Source: the human T2T-CHM13v2.0 reference genome, Homo sapiens
Direction: 5' to 3' (one strand)
DNA: 64,000 nt
Assembly (NCBI RefSeq): GCF_009914755.1
Contig: NC_060931.1
Shown: in pieces, positions 10,001-24,360 of the stretch
How positions within the stretch are numbered: the stretch's first letter is position 1
Layout of the letters: the number at the start of each line of letters is the position of its first letter
Notes under the pieces: model-generated
The model's database searches: none
Seen by the model: the letters and a program-made list of their open reading frames with translations, nothing else
Told to the model about the DNA's origin: nothing
Translations under genes and position numbers: made by a program

Positions 10001-13000
10001 TATGAAGTGTCAGAACTGGAAGTCACTTCTGAGCCTTAGCTGATCTTTCTTTAAAATGCATACTGATAAAAACTTTTACTTTTATTAACATATTAATAAT
10101 ATAAAAGCATTGTCTTGCTATTCTTTTTAAATGTCATGAATTTCATATATGTAATACTGAATTGTATTACTTACATAATACTCATTAAATGTTTTCTATA
10201 AATTTATGGTGCCATTTTTAAAATAGCATCTAAAATAAAAGAATGGGTCTTTTCATTTACACAATTATTTCTCCATCATTTTTCTTTCCAATAGCTTTAG
10301 ATAGCATATACATAGTAGTTATGGACACTTGCTTATTAGAACTATGAAATGAAGTAAGTGAAAGTGTTTAGTTATAGGTAACATTAAATGGCAAAAAGAG
10401 GAAACAGGTATAAATTGAAAGCACTGGATCTAAACTAAAAAATGAGGTCTAGTTTCTTCACTGTTACAGATCTGGGCAAGTTTCTTGACCAATAAAGCAC
10501 GACAGTCAGCACCTGTACTGCTACTCTCACAACTAAAACAGAACAAAAAAAAAATATATATATATATATAAACTGTGAAGACTGCTAAAGATACAAATGA
10601 AACAGAAACGTAAATTCTATTCTTTTAGCTTACATTATCACAGAACAATCAATTCGCCCGTGAAACAGTAAGAGGCAGTATACGATTATGTTCTCAATTA
10701 CGGCTACGGCTGAAATGTGCTACTTCACTGGTGAATAAATTTACATAGTACGTGCTTACTCATGTATTTAATTAAGACAGTTACTTAGAAATAAATACCA
10801 TACAAATCTTTTACAACAGTACCTTTCTACTTTTATGCTTCTTTTAAAATTGATATTTTGCTAGTGGCTTAATATGACAAAAGATGACTGTTTATTAGCA
10901 CTTATTCTGATACAAGCTTGCCCAGTTCTTTACATCATTTTCTTCATTTTTATAATAGTACTAAAGAAAGGTAGTATTATTTAAGTTTATAGATAGGGAA
11001 CTGAGATTCAAATTCAGAGTTGCTCAGATAATGAGAAAGAGTTTGGATATTGGATCCCAGGTCTTTTTGCTTCAAAGCTTGTGTTCTTACTGACTTGTGT
11101 TCGTACTGTCCAGGTGAACAGATTCAGTGATGCATACAGTACAGCCATATCCTAGGGATTTTCACTGTTTCTTCTCAGATAGTGTTATGGCTGAAATAAA
11201 TTATTTGTCATTTCCCATACATAATTTGTACTTGCTCATCCCCATACTTGTGTTTTTACGTCCTTTCCTCTTAGAGTCTTTTCTCCTGTCTTATTGATTT
11301 GCTACCCACCTCCCTTCCTCTTTAAAACATTGTTTTTAAAGGCTGCATAATACTCTGTTGTACTAATATTCTATAATTTTTTTAACTGTTTTTCTTTTGG
11401 GAGGAAATTTTATTCCCAACCATTTAATACTTTAATATTTCAGAGAATACCCTTGGGACGTGTAAATTTTAATGCAAATTTATTTTTTTAGGAAAAAATT
11501 CCTGTAAGGGAATTTTGGGATAGAAAAGTATGTGTTGTTTTAAGGTTGAACCAAATCGTACACTCCAAGAGATAGTATCAAATTAAGAAAAATTTACTAA
11601 TTACATTCCATCATCAATCTGGGGATGTGACTATATCTTTGCATTTTTGCTTAAAAAATATTATTGTCAATTTCATAGGCAAAAGTGTGGTTGGTAATTA
11701 AAGTTATATGTTGGGATCATGGTTATGTATAGGAGAAGCACTTGTATTTGCAGATTTTCTACTTAGGGTGTCCTTTACGTATTCATTTGTTTTGTCTTAC
11801 ATTTTTCAGTCATCTTTTAGTTTGTTCTTTTTACTTCTTTCTATTGAAATATTGTTTTAAAATGTATTCCTATTAAATAATACTGGCAGATTTTAAAAGT
11901 CAATTATATATGTGGCACATCTTAAGTATAGCATGTGAGGCCTTATCTTTTGATGTCTTACTGTGGTAGTTAGGGATTTTAGTGCTGTCTTGTCTCACTT
12001 TAACCTTTTTCACCTTCCTGCATCCTCCCAATATATTTTATCACAATTTTGGATTATATACACATTAGTGTTGTATTATTTTTGACTGTATATTGTTTAC
12101 TGTTTAGCTAAGTAATATACTGTGATTATATTTGCCTTCCTGTTCTATGCTATTATTGATTTCTTTTCTACCATCTTCCTGTTTATTAGCATCTGGGTTT
12201 AGCTGTCACTTAGGTTCATCGGAGACAGAGTTTGTGTTTCTGGCTCCTGCTTTTCTTGTTTTGGTGTGGTTTTCTGGAAGAGAAGGGTAGTTGCAGAAAG
12301 CTAGATATTCTGCCGTCACAGAAACAGAAGTGTCTTGCCTGTATTTAAGACCCGATTTAGATGCCACATCTCCATGAACTCTTTTGCAGCACCTGTGTTA
12401 CTGAGCAATATATTATGCTTGATTTTGCCATGTTATAAAATATATTTCCTCCTAGTAGGAAAAAGAATGTCTTTAAAGATAGGACTATTATTTGTCTTTG
12501 AAACTACCAGAGCTTCCCAGTACAGTACCATGCACTTAGTACATATTTGAGATGTACTAATTTAACAATTAACTACCACTTAAAATTTTTTTGGTAATGT
12601 TTTAGTGATTCTGGTAAGGCAGATACATTTTATGCGGGTTCGAGGGGGAATAAAAATGTGTGTTTGCGTAGAAGAAGGGGGAGGGGAAACAATGAGTTTT
12701 CCAGGATTATGGAACTAGTAGTGGTTTCTAGGCCATATTTCATTTTCCTGATCTTCCCTGCTAATGTCTTGTGCTAGAAACTATGCTGTTTATATCTCAT
12801 CATCTCTCCTCAGGTATAGCAAACAAAAGGGAAAGGAAAGAACTCATCACAATTATAGGGCAGCAGCAGGAGGGTGGCAGAAGACTTCTGACTCATTAAA
12901 AGTGGCTTCCAGCCAGAATTCTCAGAAGTTTTTGTAGATGTTTTTGACTCATATAGGGAAATAAAATATCCAGCTGTGTTCAGCCTGACAATGAAGTTGG

Positions 13001-15639
13001 GGTCTATTTGTGCTATGTGTCACCTCCATTACATTAAGCACATAGTTTATGATTGTAAATATTTGAAATTTATATTCAGAGATAAATACGGATGCACTGA
13101 AGCTGGGGGAAGGAAATGAAGAATGAATGGGGTTAAGAGTTGGGCTTTATTGGGTGTAGGTAGTATGGTAGGGGGATTTTATTGAGGAATACTTCAGATT
13201 TCCTAGCTGTTAGATGGAGAGTAGCACCATAGTGCTGAGAAGCGGGTGCCCAACTCCAGGGGAATGTTGAATGGAAGGGCACAGGGTCAGGTACAGGGAC
13301 TGGAAATAAAGATAAACAAGTTATGGGTAAGTAGACCAACGCAGTAAGAGTAGATTAAATCACCCCGAGGAAAAATCCGATAGAGCAAACTCAGTACTGT
13401 GAGAGGCAATCTCTTGTTAAAAAACGTCACTTTGATCTCATAGGATTACTGAAACCATATCTTTGCATGTCATTTTGAGGTTTTATAATGAATATTATAT
13501 AAAACAGTTATATTTATGAGTAAACTTGGTTAATTTTTTCAGCTTTGCTTCAAACACTGGCTACAAATGATGAACCTCATAGACTTTTTTGATGGAGATG
13601 TTAAAAAGGCTTTCAAGATAGCATTCAGACTGGCATTGGGCATACTGTTGGGCCTGTTACCACCAGCAGTTAAAGCTTGCAGGGCTTCTAAACAGAAGCA
13701 TGGCATGCAGTCAGCTGGAGTCTTGATTTCATAACAATTTTACAGATTGGGACAAGATTTTTGAGGTAAAGGTTTCAAAAAATAATAAGTTACTCCTTTG
13801 CCTGACCAACATCATACGGTCTATTTCAGGAGATGTTTGAACTCCAGAGCTCCCAAATCCAATCTTACAGGGATGTTTATTTATATTTCAAACAGGCTTT
13901 TCCTTAAATAATGGTTAGCAGTGTCCTTTCTTAAAGATTCGAAGACAATACAAAAGTAAAAATATTAGCGTAATCCAAGTCAAGTGCAGTTAATGTAAGA
14001 TTACTCTATTTTTAATTGTTCTGTATATCTTCAAGATGTATGGATAGATATTAAATATTTTAACAAAATCTGTACATTTCTCACAAAATCAGTGAAAAAG
14101 TGGGTCAAATGCATTACCTTTGTTAGCTTTAACAATCTGACATTTTAAAAGCTTCAAATCCAGTACATCTGAATTGTTAAGTTCTGAGGGTACTTCTTAG
14201 CCCTGACCTTAATTCCTCTGTGTATTTGACTTTCTTCCTCTGTGTATTTGACTTTCTTCTATGACCTCCAAAATATTCTACCCTGGTTTTTTTCCGTCTA
14301 TCATTTCTTCTCTGTGTCTATGCCTCTTCCATAGCCCTATACCTAAATGTTGGTATTACTGAGGTCTATCCTCAAGCCACTTTTTTCCTTTTCTGGTACA
14401 GCTCTCATTAGGAAATGTAGTTGTTCTTCTGAGCTACAAATCGCAGAACCATTTGCAACCTCTCCTCACTCAATGGTTTCCTCTTCCTTACTTCCTATAG
14501 TGAGTTAGTTTAGTTCAGTGAACATTTGAGTCTGGCTTAAATCTCTCTTCAAGCCAGTCCTTTCTTAACCTCACTGTCACTGCCTTTGGTCAGGTTGTGA
14601 TCATTCCTTTTCTTGGCACTTTTGGTCAGCAAACATTAATTGAGAATCCACTCTATTATGCTGGGCATTAAGGATACAAAAATGATTTAAGCTTACATAG
14701 AAATAAGGGTGTTAGGCAAACAAGTATAAGCAATTATGTTACTTGACAATGGAAATTTGCTCTCATGTTAAATATTTTGTAAGACACATAGTAATGCATT
14801 AGAAATGTAGACAATTTTGCATTATGAAAAGCAAGCCTCAGAATCTAGTGTGAGGCTGAATATTGCAAAGAGCCAGCACAAGACAGGCAGCAGTACCACA
14901 TGGAGGGATACCTTTATGTTACTATTAGTTCTCCCTGTGTCATAGCATGTTGCCTTGTTTCAGCGTTTGTGTCACTCTCTTCTCTCCAGTGTTTCATAAT
15001 CATTACTGGAAAGCCACCAAGAGTGCAGGACTGGATTGTGTACACACTTTCTATTTCTGTGAAGTTGTTTGTATGGAATATTCCTTAATGGAATCATTAT
15101 ATTAGACATTTGTATAAGAAGTCAAATGGGGCAGAGTTGCTAATCCATTGTGAGGTAGGTCAGGGAGGACTTCATGAAAGTGATCTACTTGAGCGGGGAC
15201 TTGAAACCAATGGGACATAACAAGGAGGTTGTATGAAAGCACTAAACCACATGTTGTAACTGTAAGTAATTTCTTAGCTCTGGGGTAGAATAGACAAAAG
15301 CGGCTTCAATAGAAGAAATGAAGCCAGAGGGGTAAATGAAGCTAGAAAGATCATGAAGGATTTTGTGTGCTAAGCTAAGGAACATGGACAGTTCAGAGCT
15401 ACTGAAGGAGTTTAATCAGAGGAGTGACACAGTCAGATTTATGTTTTAGAAAGAAGTTCCTGGCATCCCGGAATCCTAACTTCAGCGAACCCTGCCCTGC
15501 TTTCTGTATACTCTATCACCAGAGTCAGCTTGGTGAAACACAGGCTGATCTTGTAAATCTCAGCTCAACACTTAAGAACAGATGCCTAAGTCCGATTTCT
15601 ATCGTTACTTTGCTGTCTCCTCTATCTTGAACATTTTTG

Positions 15640-15938
15640 CATCAGACACCCACATAGCTCACTTCATTTTACTCATGTCTGTCCTGAAACATCACATCAG
15701 AGAGACCTTCCTAGGCTGTCCAAACCAGCATCACGTCTGTCACCCCTTAGTTTCTTACCTTGCTTTATTTTTCTTCTTAGCACTCACCGCCCTAAAAGTT
15801 ATATGTTTATTTGTTTATTTCTCCATCCTCCACCTAGGATGTAAGCTCCATGACAACAGGAGCTTTTGTATATTTTGTTTACCTGTAAGTGTTCTGTGCT
15901 GGGCACTTGATAGGTGTTCAGCATTTGTTGAAAGAATG
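15640..15938 (+). mobile_element. LINE-2 3' fragment
   Basis: gagagaccttcct...gtaagctccatga...atttgttgaaagaatg. Confidence 0.65.
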
Positions 15939-16441
15939 TGGCCCCAACCATCCTTCTTCTTTTCTCTCTTTCACCCTGTGCCTCTCCCTTCATGTGGGGG
16001 AATTCTTACAGTTCACTAATCCTTAGTTATGCCTCTTCATGAAATCCTGTCCCTCACTCAAGATCCATCTCAGATACCACCTTTTCTGTAAAATCTTTTT
16101 TCAAGCAGTTGCTGCTTCTGCTTAGCTCCCATAACACTTTTTGAATAGTTAGGAGAAAAGTGTTTACCTGGGCTGTACAGGATGTGATGGATATAAATAA
16201 ATACTTGTCAGCAAGTTATTAATTAACCAGTAGAGAATTACACAATGAGGTAGACAAGCATTATAGGTAAAGTTTGAAATTCAGTTGGTTAAGTGGAGAA
16301 GTGAAGTAATTAGGTGTGACTTGAAATTTGTTTATAAATGCAATATGATTAGGGGAAAATAGCTAGGGGAACCATCACCAATTTCTATTATATACACAGT
16401 TGTACAGACAACCTGGAGAAGGTATCTGTTGATACATACAT

Positions 16442-16443
<2 letters not shown>

Positions 16444-16474
<31 letters not shown>
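16444..16474. repeat. (CA)n microsatellite
   Basis: Directly visible. Confidence 0.95.
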
Positions 16475-16475
<1 letters not shown>

Positions 16476-17678
16476 CATTTTACCGATGTATTACCTTTTT
16501 TGTAGAAGTATTTACTTTTCATCTTCTTTCTGCCTAAAGTATTACTTCTCCACATACATCACTGAAAAGAAATTATCTAGAAATGTTTTGATTGGGTCAT
16601 ATTAATAGCACTATGCCCAGGCCAATTTCTACTTTACAAAAGCTGATATAATTCCATTTGAATTGTCAAAAATGTCTTTGTTGTAAGAAAACGCTAGATA
16701 ATTACTCTTCTGGCTAACAGGAAGGTATAGAGGTATAAGGTATAAATTACTTTAGTTTCCCAGTTCAGCGTGGGTATCTGATGATTTTTAAATTCACTTT
16801 AAGTGATTAATGTCTGCTGTGAAATCCTGGCTGGGGTCTTTGTGTGAAGTTATTCAACTTTTCTTTTCTGAACTCATGTTCCTCTTTGACCCATAAGTGT
16901 CTTTATTCTCAGGTGAAAATCATGCTAAATTGTTTAGGGTTCCGTTGAACTTTCTAATTGAGACACAAGCTACGAAAGCTAATAATTAAGTATAATTATT
17001 GTCTACATGTAAAAGCAAAAGTTGCTGGTAATCACCATTAACCTCTAATATTTGCCAACAAGAAATGTAAATAGCAAAAGTCAAATTTATTCTTCTTTTA
17101 ATATTTGAGGACCACATTAGATGGCTGGAGGACCATCTGCAGGTGTCAGAGGGGCTTTGGGACATTATCTCTAATGAGTTGAAAGTAAATAAATACAGAA
17201 AGCTGGTGATATGAAGATAAATACTTTATTTAGGGTTGTCCTTGTTTATTGACAACGTCAATGATGCTGAGATGCTTCCTGTGGAAGATAGCAAAGGAAG
17301 TATGATTTTCATATAATTTATCACAAATTTCTCTTTTTAATTTTCCACCAAACAATGGCTAATGCATTTGAGAGGGGAAAAAAATCCCAGTAGATCTGTT
17401 AATTGGGAATCACTGTGCTACAAATGCTTGAAGTATAAGCAAACATTTTCCTATGATGAGTTCATAAGCTTTTTAATGAAATATTCGGAAGAATTTAACC
17501 CATTCCCTGTTTTTCTTAAGATGTGAAAGGAAGATTTTAGAAAGACTTACGTAAACTTTAAGTAGACTTTAAAAGTTTGTTGTGTTAGAGAAATATTTGA
17601 GGAGATGTTATAATGCAATAGAAATTTTTGCTTTATATTTTTTAAAGGATTTTTTATGGTATTTTGTTTGTTTTTCAG

Positions 17679-17866
17679 AGTAAAGCCAATCCCAGCTGAA
17701 GGAATCAAGTCAAATCCTTCCAAGCGGCATAGAGACCGACTTAATACAGAGTTGGACCGTTTGGCTAGCCTGCTGCCTTTCCCACAAGATGTTATTAATA
17801 AGTTGGACAAACTTTCAGTTCTTAGGCTCAGCGTCAGTTACCTGAGAGCCAAGAGCTTCTTTGATG
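17679..17866 (+). CDS. AHR: AHR exon 2 (bHLH domain)
   Basis: tttttcag| acceptor, G|GTAAGA donor; [34 protein letters not shown]...[20 protein letters not shown]; 188 nt. Confidence 0.98.
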
Positions 17867-18279
17867 GTAAGACAGAAGGGTTTAATTTGTCTACAATAAC
17901 GTATAAAAAATACTTGTACTAGATATAGCTGTTTCTGTGTTAATAACTACAAAAATTAGCCGTATTTGGAAAATTTATTGCTGTATAGTAAAATTTCAGT
18001 GGCAAAGCCAGATTTATAAGTCTTAAAATCAATTTTCCAGTTTTATTCACCCAACAGATGCAGCCACTGAAATGATGCATGGTATCATTCTTTGAAAATC
18101 ATATATTTAGAAGTTACACTCAAATTGATTATGTCAAATTCCAGTTTCCCTTCTACTTCAATATTTAAAAGTCTTTTTTAAAAAAAAAGAAAAGATAAAA
18201 CACCATCTTGCTGGATTTTCTGTGTTTTCATAGACATGTCATTTTATTTATCCCTCCAAACTTACGTATATTTCTAATC

Positions 18280-18578
18280 TTTTTTTTTTTTTTTGAGGCA
18301 GACTTTTGCTCTTGTTGCCCAGGCTCGAGTGCAATGACACGATCTTGGCTCACTGCAACCTCTGACTCCCGGGTTCAAGCGATTCTCCTGCTTCAGCCTC
18401 CCAAGTAGCTGGGATTATAGGCGCCCACCACCACGCCCAGCTAATTTTTTGTATTTTTATTAGAGATGGGGTTTCACTATATTGGCCAGGCTGCTCTCAA
18501 ACTCCTGACCTCAGGTGATCTGCCCGTCTCAGCCTCCCAAAGTGCTGGGATTACAGGCATGAGCCACTGCGCCTGGCC
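18280..18578 (-). mobile_element. AluS (Sp/Sq-like)
   Basis: Full dimeric Alu in reverse with poly(T); TSD TATTTCTAAT on both sides. Confidence 0.95.
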
Positions 18579-19003
18579 TATTTCTAATATTTTACATTAA
18601 TTGTATACCGACTGCAAGAAATATAATTAAAACATGTTTTTCACTAGAAAGAACATTTGATTGTAAGAGTCAATAGAATTTGATTTCATTCTCTATTGTG
18701 TCACTGAAAACTGTTTGTCATTAACCAAACCAGGTAGCATCCCCGTATCTCAGTTTTCTCAGCAGTAAAGGTTGGGGTTTTGAGCTAGGCAGCTGGATGA
18801 TATTTGTTACCTTTAAATTGCAATGGAAGTTTTTGTTTGCAAATGATGTTTCAGTGTATTTTCTCATGTAAAATTAATTTTTGATTTATCTTTTATCTGT
18901 CTATAAGGCAGAAATAGATTTTTTAAGGAAATGGTCTTTTTAAAATATCATATAATTTTACTAACCATAGCAAGTTAATGATAAAATCTCAGTGGGCTAT
19001 GTC

Positions 19004-19153
19004 AGTCAATGCTTCTCATACATTAATGTGCTTACAAATCACATAGGGATCTTGTTAAGATGCAGATTCTTGTTCAGTAGCTTTAGGTGTGTCCCTAGAT
19101 TTTGCATGTCTAACAAGCTCCGAGATGATGCTGATCCTGCTGGTCTAGGTCAC
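19004..19153. mobile_element. MER5A DNA-transposon relic
   Basis: gatcttgttaagatgcagattct...ctaacaagctcc..gatgctgat. Confidence 0.7.
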
Positions 19154-19675
19154 TAGGAAGTGCCTAGACAACACGTTTATGGATATTTGACTGGTAATTT
19201 GTGTTTAGAATATTGCAACAGTTAATTTCCCTTTAGATTTATGTTTACATAATCTGATGTGTTTCGTCTGAGCATCTTTTTATTGATTTGCTTGCTTGCT
19301 CTCCCGTCTTTCTTTTGGACAAAAGCTATTTAGTTTAACAGTTGTGGTCTGGGCAATATACAGATTTGAGGATAGTGATTTCAGGAAAGATTATATATTT
19401 CAAAGTTTCATAGTACACAAATTTTCTCTGACCTATATAAAAAGTGTTTGAATTTTCAGTTGCCTCTATACCAAACCCTTCATCTTGGGAGAAGAGTTAC
19501 GCAGTATTCAGTGATGGTCTGTAAGTATGTGTGTATTAGCTATAGTCATTTAGCTGACATAGTTGGAACTAGAACTCAGGTTTCTAGATTCCTTATATTG
19601 TTTTTCCTGACCAAATAATACCTACTTTTTTCTGGGAACCTTCGCATAGGAAAGCACTGAGGATTTTTTCCTAGA

Positions 19676-19838
19676 CCTGTGGTTCTTAAAAGTGTAGTAT
19701 CCAGACAGGCAGCATCAGCATCACCTGGGAACTTGCTAGAAATGCAAATTATTGGGTCCAACCCTAGACCTGTGGAATCTAAGGTGGTGGGACCTTTGGT
19801 GATAGGGCTAGATGCATATTGAAGTTTAGGAGCCACTG
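19676..19838. mobile_element. MER5A relic, opposite orientation to the 19004 copy
   Basis: gcagcatcagcatcacctgggaacttgctagaaatgcaaat. Confidence 0.75.
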
Positions 19839-22800
19839 CTGTAGATTGTAACTTCAGGCCTCCTCCCAGCGTCACGGAATGCTGTCCTGATCCCTAGCAT
19901 TTACTCACATGCTGTGCTTAGTGCTTGACCATGTGGTGGCAGATTCTGTGATGTGTAAGACGTGGTTGCCACCCTTAGAGATTCTGGAGTCTAGAAGCCA
20001 AGGAGGCATTATTCTCTGACTCTGATAAAGCTTTATTGACTTGAGTCATTTTACCTTTCCATTTCTTGTTCCTTTGTAATGGGGAATCAAATTATATATG
20101 TTAAAAAGAAAAAAAAAGTATAGGTTTTTCCTCTGTTTAGAAGTAGTACATATGTGTGTATCTAGACAGATACATATAAATGTGTGTGAAACACACATAT
20201 ATAAACAGATATATTTCTATATTTAATGTCTACATTATGTGTGTATGTGTGTTCATGTATGTATACACACAGACACATACATGATTAGATAAGTGTCCTA
20301 TTATTCAGTGCTTCAAGTAAAGGAGATCTCACAGTCTATCTTATAAAGCATGTCATAGTTTAACACAGGGTTCATCACGGAATTGTTAAAAACTTTTTTC
20401 TCAGCTCTTCATTAATGAGTTTGTCTGTTTTTTATTCTGGTTCAGTGTATTTGACAGTAGGATCTTATTACCTATTTGCATGATTCCTTCATCAACTACA
20501 TTATCATTATCTTTAACGTTAGATTCTTTTCAAACTGCATTGTGCATAAGAATTACCTAGAAAGCTTTTTAAAATGCAAATTTGGAGGCATGCCCCTGCT
20601 GATAACAAGGAAGTTCTGTGTAAAACCCAAGAATCAGTATTTTAACAAGCATGTTACGGAGTCTGAGGCAGTGATTTAGCCTAGCCTTGATTATGCCCTG
20701 AACAAGTTAATTTTTGTTTCTTTGCCTTCAGAATGACAAATGCAAACATACAAAATTTAAAGAAGTCTATGAATATTTTTGCTTGTGTTATAGTGGTGTA
20801 CATTCAGCCTAAGCAGTTTCTTAGATTGTTTGATACAGAAACATACAGTTAGATGGAAAATGAAAATAATAAGGTTTTTTTTTTAATCCCCAAATTTCCT
20901 CCAGACTACCAGTGGTCTGGAAAGGCAATGCAACATTTCAGAGCACACAGAGAATGAAATTATAAGGGTGACCCTTATGAACTGAAAAAATGGTAGATGC
21001 AAACGAAGAGATTTGAAACATGCTAACAATGATTAGGATTTTTGTGTGCAGTTGGACCCACTCTTCCACTATTAGGGAAACAGTATAGCGAAGCGAAGGG
21101 AAGCTCAAAGTGAATAACAGGATGCAAACAGGGGGTGTGTAAATTCCTGCGGAAAGAACAATATAAACGAGTAATCATACAATCTTGTTAGAAAGGAAAC
21201 TCAAGTTTTACTGTAACAATAGATATTTTTCCAAGAAAATACATCTATTTATTGCAAGTTTAAATAATCCAACTTGGATGGATCTTCTTAAAGTTTGGAA
21301 CCATGACTATACTGCTGCTGCTGTCTGAAAAGCAACACTATAAAGTTTTAAGTACTACATTAATATTTATCCATTTCTAATTAATTAAAACATATTGAAA
21401 TATAACTTTAAAATACTTGAACAAGGCTTAGCAATTTTTCAGTTATAAAGTCGAAAATAGTTTCTTTGACATGATTTAAGCATTACATTTAAATATATTA
21501 TCTCTGAGATGGAGGGTATTTTAAAAATTTAAATAACAATGGTTACAATCAATAATAGTTTATTAATAGAGACTAGGATTTGGGTGGTTACAATCTAATC
21601 TTTGAAACTGGTTGATGTGAAGAGAAAGGATTGTTTCCTCCTATATCATGTCTCTCAAAATTGTTAAACAGTGTACACTGGGCTTGTTGATCAATCTAAT
21701 CAGCATTGTAATGTTTCATTCCTAATTTCAGCATATCTTTAATACAATTTTTAATGAGATTTCCTTACTATTTTTTGAAATGCCCATTATTATGTAAATA
21801 TTTTGTTCAAATTATTCTGTTTTTATACAGCTGCCCCAAAATTGAGAATTCGGGAATGACTACTTTTGTTTTCTGTTTACATACAAACACCTAATGAGCC
21901 TGACAAAATGGAGCTTAGGGATCCGAGTTTCTGATTTCAAAGTCTTGCATTTGCAGCTGTCATAGGGAATAGTAGTATTCTAGTTATTTTTAAAACAAGG
22001 TAATGTTAGGGAAAATCTAAGTCTTGAATCATTATACATGCTTAAAATAATCACCATTTTATAAAATGTAGAATTATTTACATGTTAAAATATTTTCATT
22101 CATTAAGCCTAAAAATGCTGTGGGAAGAGAGGATAATAGTTATATTATGTGATGATCTAACATTTATTTGACCCCATTGTTTATCATGGATCTTTCTTGA
22201 CTTTATTTTAAATTAAAAATTACAAGTGCTCTGTTCTTGGTCTTCCTTTTGCAGATGCTTTAACAGTTCATTCCCAGTTCATTAGGTTTTCCAAAGAGAG
22301 CTATTGTGTTTATTCATCTTCAGCTTGTGCATTTCTCTGAATTTCAGTTGTTTTGGTATCTCTCTAGATCAGAACATTATTCTTGAAAAACAAGTATACG
22401 TACATGTGTATATGCAAAGAACAAGCTTGAACAAGCAGTAAAAATGAAGTAATGCACTTCTAAGTGTTGATGTTTTATAAAATCTAATAGATTTGTATGT
22501 CTGCTTTTTCATTCATGAGAATTCTATAATTTCATCTGCTTTGTTGTAATTTTAAAATTTCTGTGTGTCAAGTAATTTACCAAAGTTTCAGTATGATAGT
22601 ATCATAGCAAATGTTATTTCTTAATTCTAGGACTATCCAAAGTAGGTTTGTTTGCATAACAGTTTAGCACATTTGAAATCACCAAATAAAGTATTTGTTG
22701 AATTTGATTTACCCATGGCATTATCCATCTTAAATGGTGATTTAACTGTTATCTTTTTTCCTAATTCACATTTTAAAACATGAAACTCTAATTACAATAT

Positions 22801-23891
22801 TCATGATAACTTTCATAGCTAAAACTATATAAACCTAGGTTCTTTTAAAATTTTAATTTATGGAACCCCTGCAGATTTAAACATGAATAAATACAAAGAA
22901 TAGTAGCGCATTCTTATTGAATGAATATACAAATCCTGGCTCTCATATTTAATATTGTGACCTCTTTGGTTCAGGAATTTAATCTCTCTTTTCCTCAGAT
23001 ATCCCAATTTACAGTATAAGATTTATTAGATTATATGAATAAATTAATATGATAGAACTTTATATAGGATACTTTTATCTCTGCTTTTGTTTGCTTTGAC
23101 AACTATTTTGAAGAACACAGTGACAAATATCTGAGATTCAAACAATCTAAACTCATTGTATCATATATTATGTATTTTGCTGCTTTCCTGTCTCTTTTAA
23201 ATTTACTGATTTAATGGATTTCTCTTTGATCATTACCTAGTCTTGCATGGTTCTAGAATCCTTGCTTATTTGGCCATGAACAGGTCATTAGTCATCATTT
23301 TTTTTCTTTTTAGGGAGACTACCGTGGGCTAACATTAAAATCACCAACTTTCAGCAATTTTCCTTTTTTAGAAAATTTTCAAATACAGACATTTAAAAAT
23401 CTGTAGTTAAGTCTTAAGATATTTCGTGAGGGTTTGTGATCTGGTTAATGGAAATGTACACCTTCATGTTATAGTGTTTTATAAAACATATTCATATATA
23501 ATATTAATTATATTAAAATCTGAAGAAATTTTTATTTGGTAATATTTGTATATTATTTTTAAATCTTGCTCTTACAGCCTTTTGACTTTTCAATCAATGA
23601 ATTTTAATGAGTAACTCAAATTCGTTTATTTGCTTATGGCTGGAGATTTAGATTTTAGAGTCATTTTATCGTCAGAATAACATTTTAAGCCATTAAAGTG
23701 AATAAAATATTCCAGGGGGAGAACATGTAGAATAAGAGGAAAAGTACCAAAGATAAGATGTTTTAAGGATGAGCAGGGGTAGTAAAAAGTGAAATCTGTG
23801 GAGTATGAAAGTATGCTAAGGTGATAGAGTTGACTTAAGATACTTTCATTTGATGTGTTCTTAAATTGGAGAGCCAGAGAGAAAACTGTAC

Positions 23892-23979
23892 ATGAAAGTG
23901 AAAACTGAAATGAAATGAAAGTGTAAACTGAAATGAAATGAAAGTGTAAACTGAAATGCAATGAAAGTGTGTACAGAAA
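23892..23979. repeat. 23-bp minisatellite (ATGAAAGTGWAAACTGAAATGAA) x ~3.8
   Basis: Units start at 23892, 23915, 23938, 23961. Confidence 0.9.
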
Positions 23980-24051
23980 AATAATAACACTAGAGAAGGT
24001 GATTTCTGTTCCTTGTTTGTCCATAGAGGCCAAAAAGCCATTCAGTTGTTA

Positions 24052-24360
<309 letters not shown>

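Noticed and set aside
13125-13180. Intronic G-quadruplex
   Set aside because: Four G-runs, but with long loops (7-16 nt); a weak candidate
23892-23979. CRISPR-like repeat array
   Set aside because: Head-to-tail tandem repeat with no spacers, in a human intron
23626-24041. 135-aa and 68-aa minus-strand ORFs with FHF/FISVYTF repeats
   Set aside because: Produced by the 23-bp minisatellite and old repeat sequence
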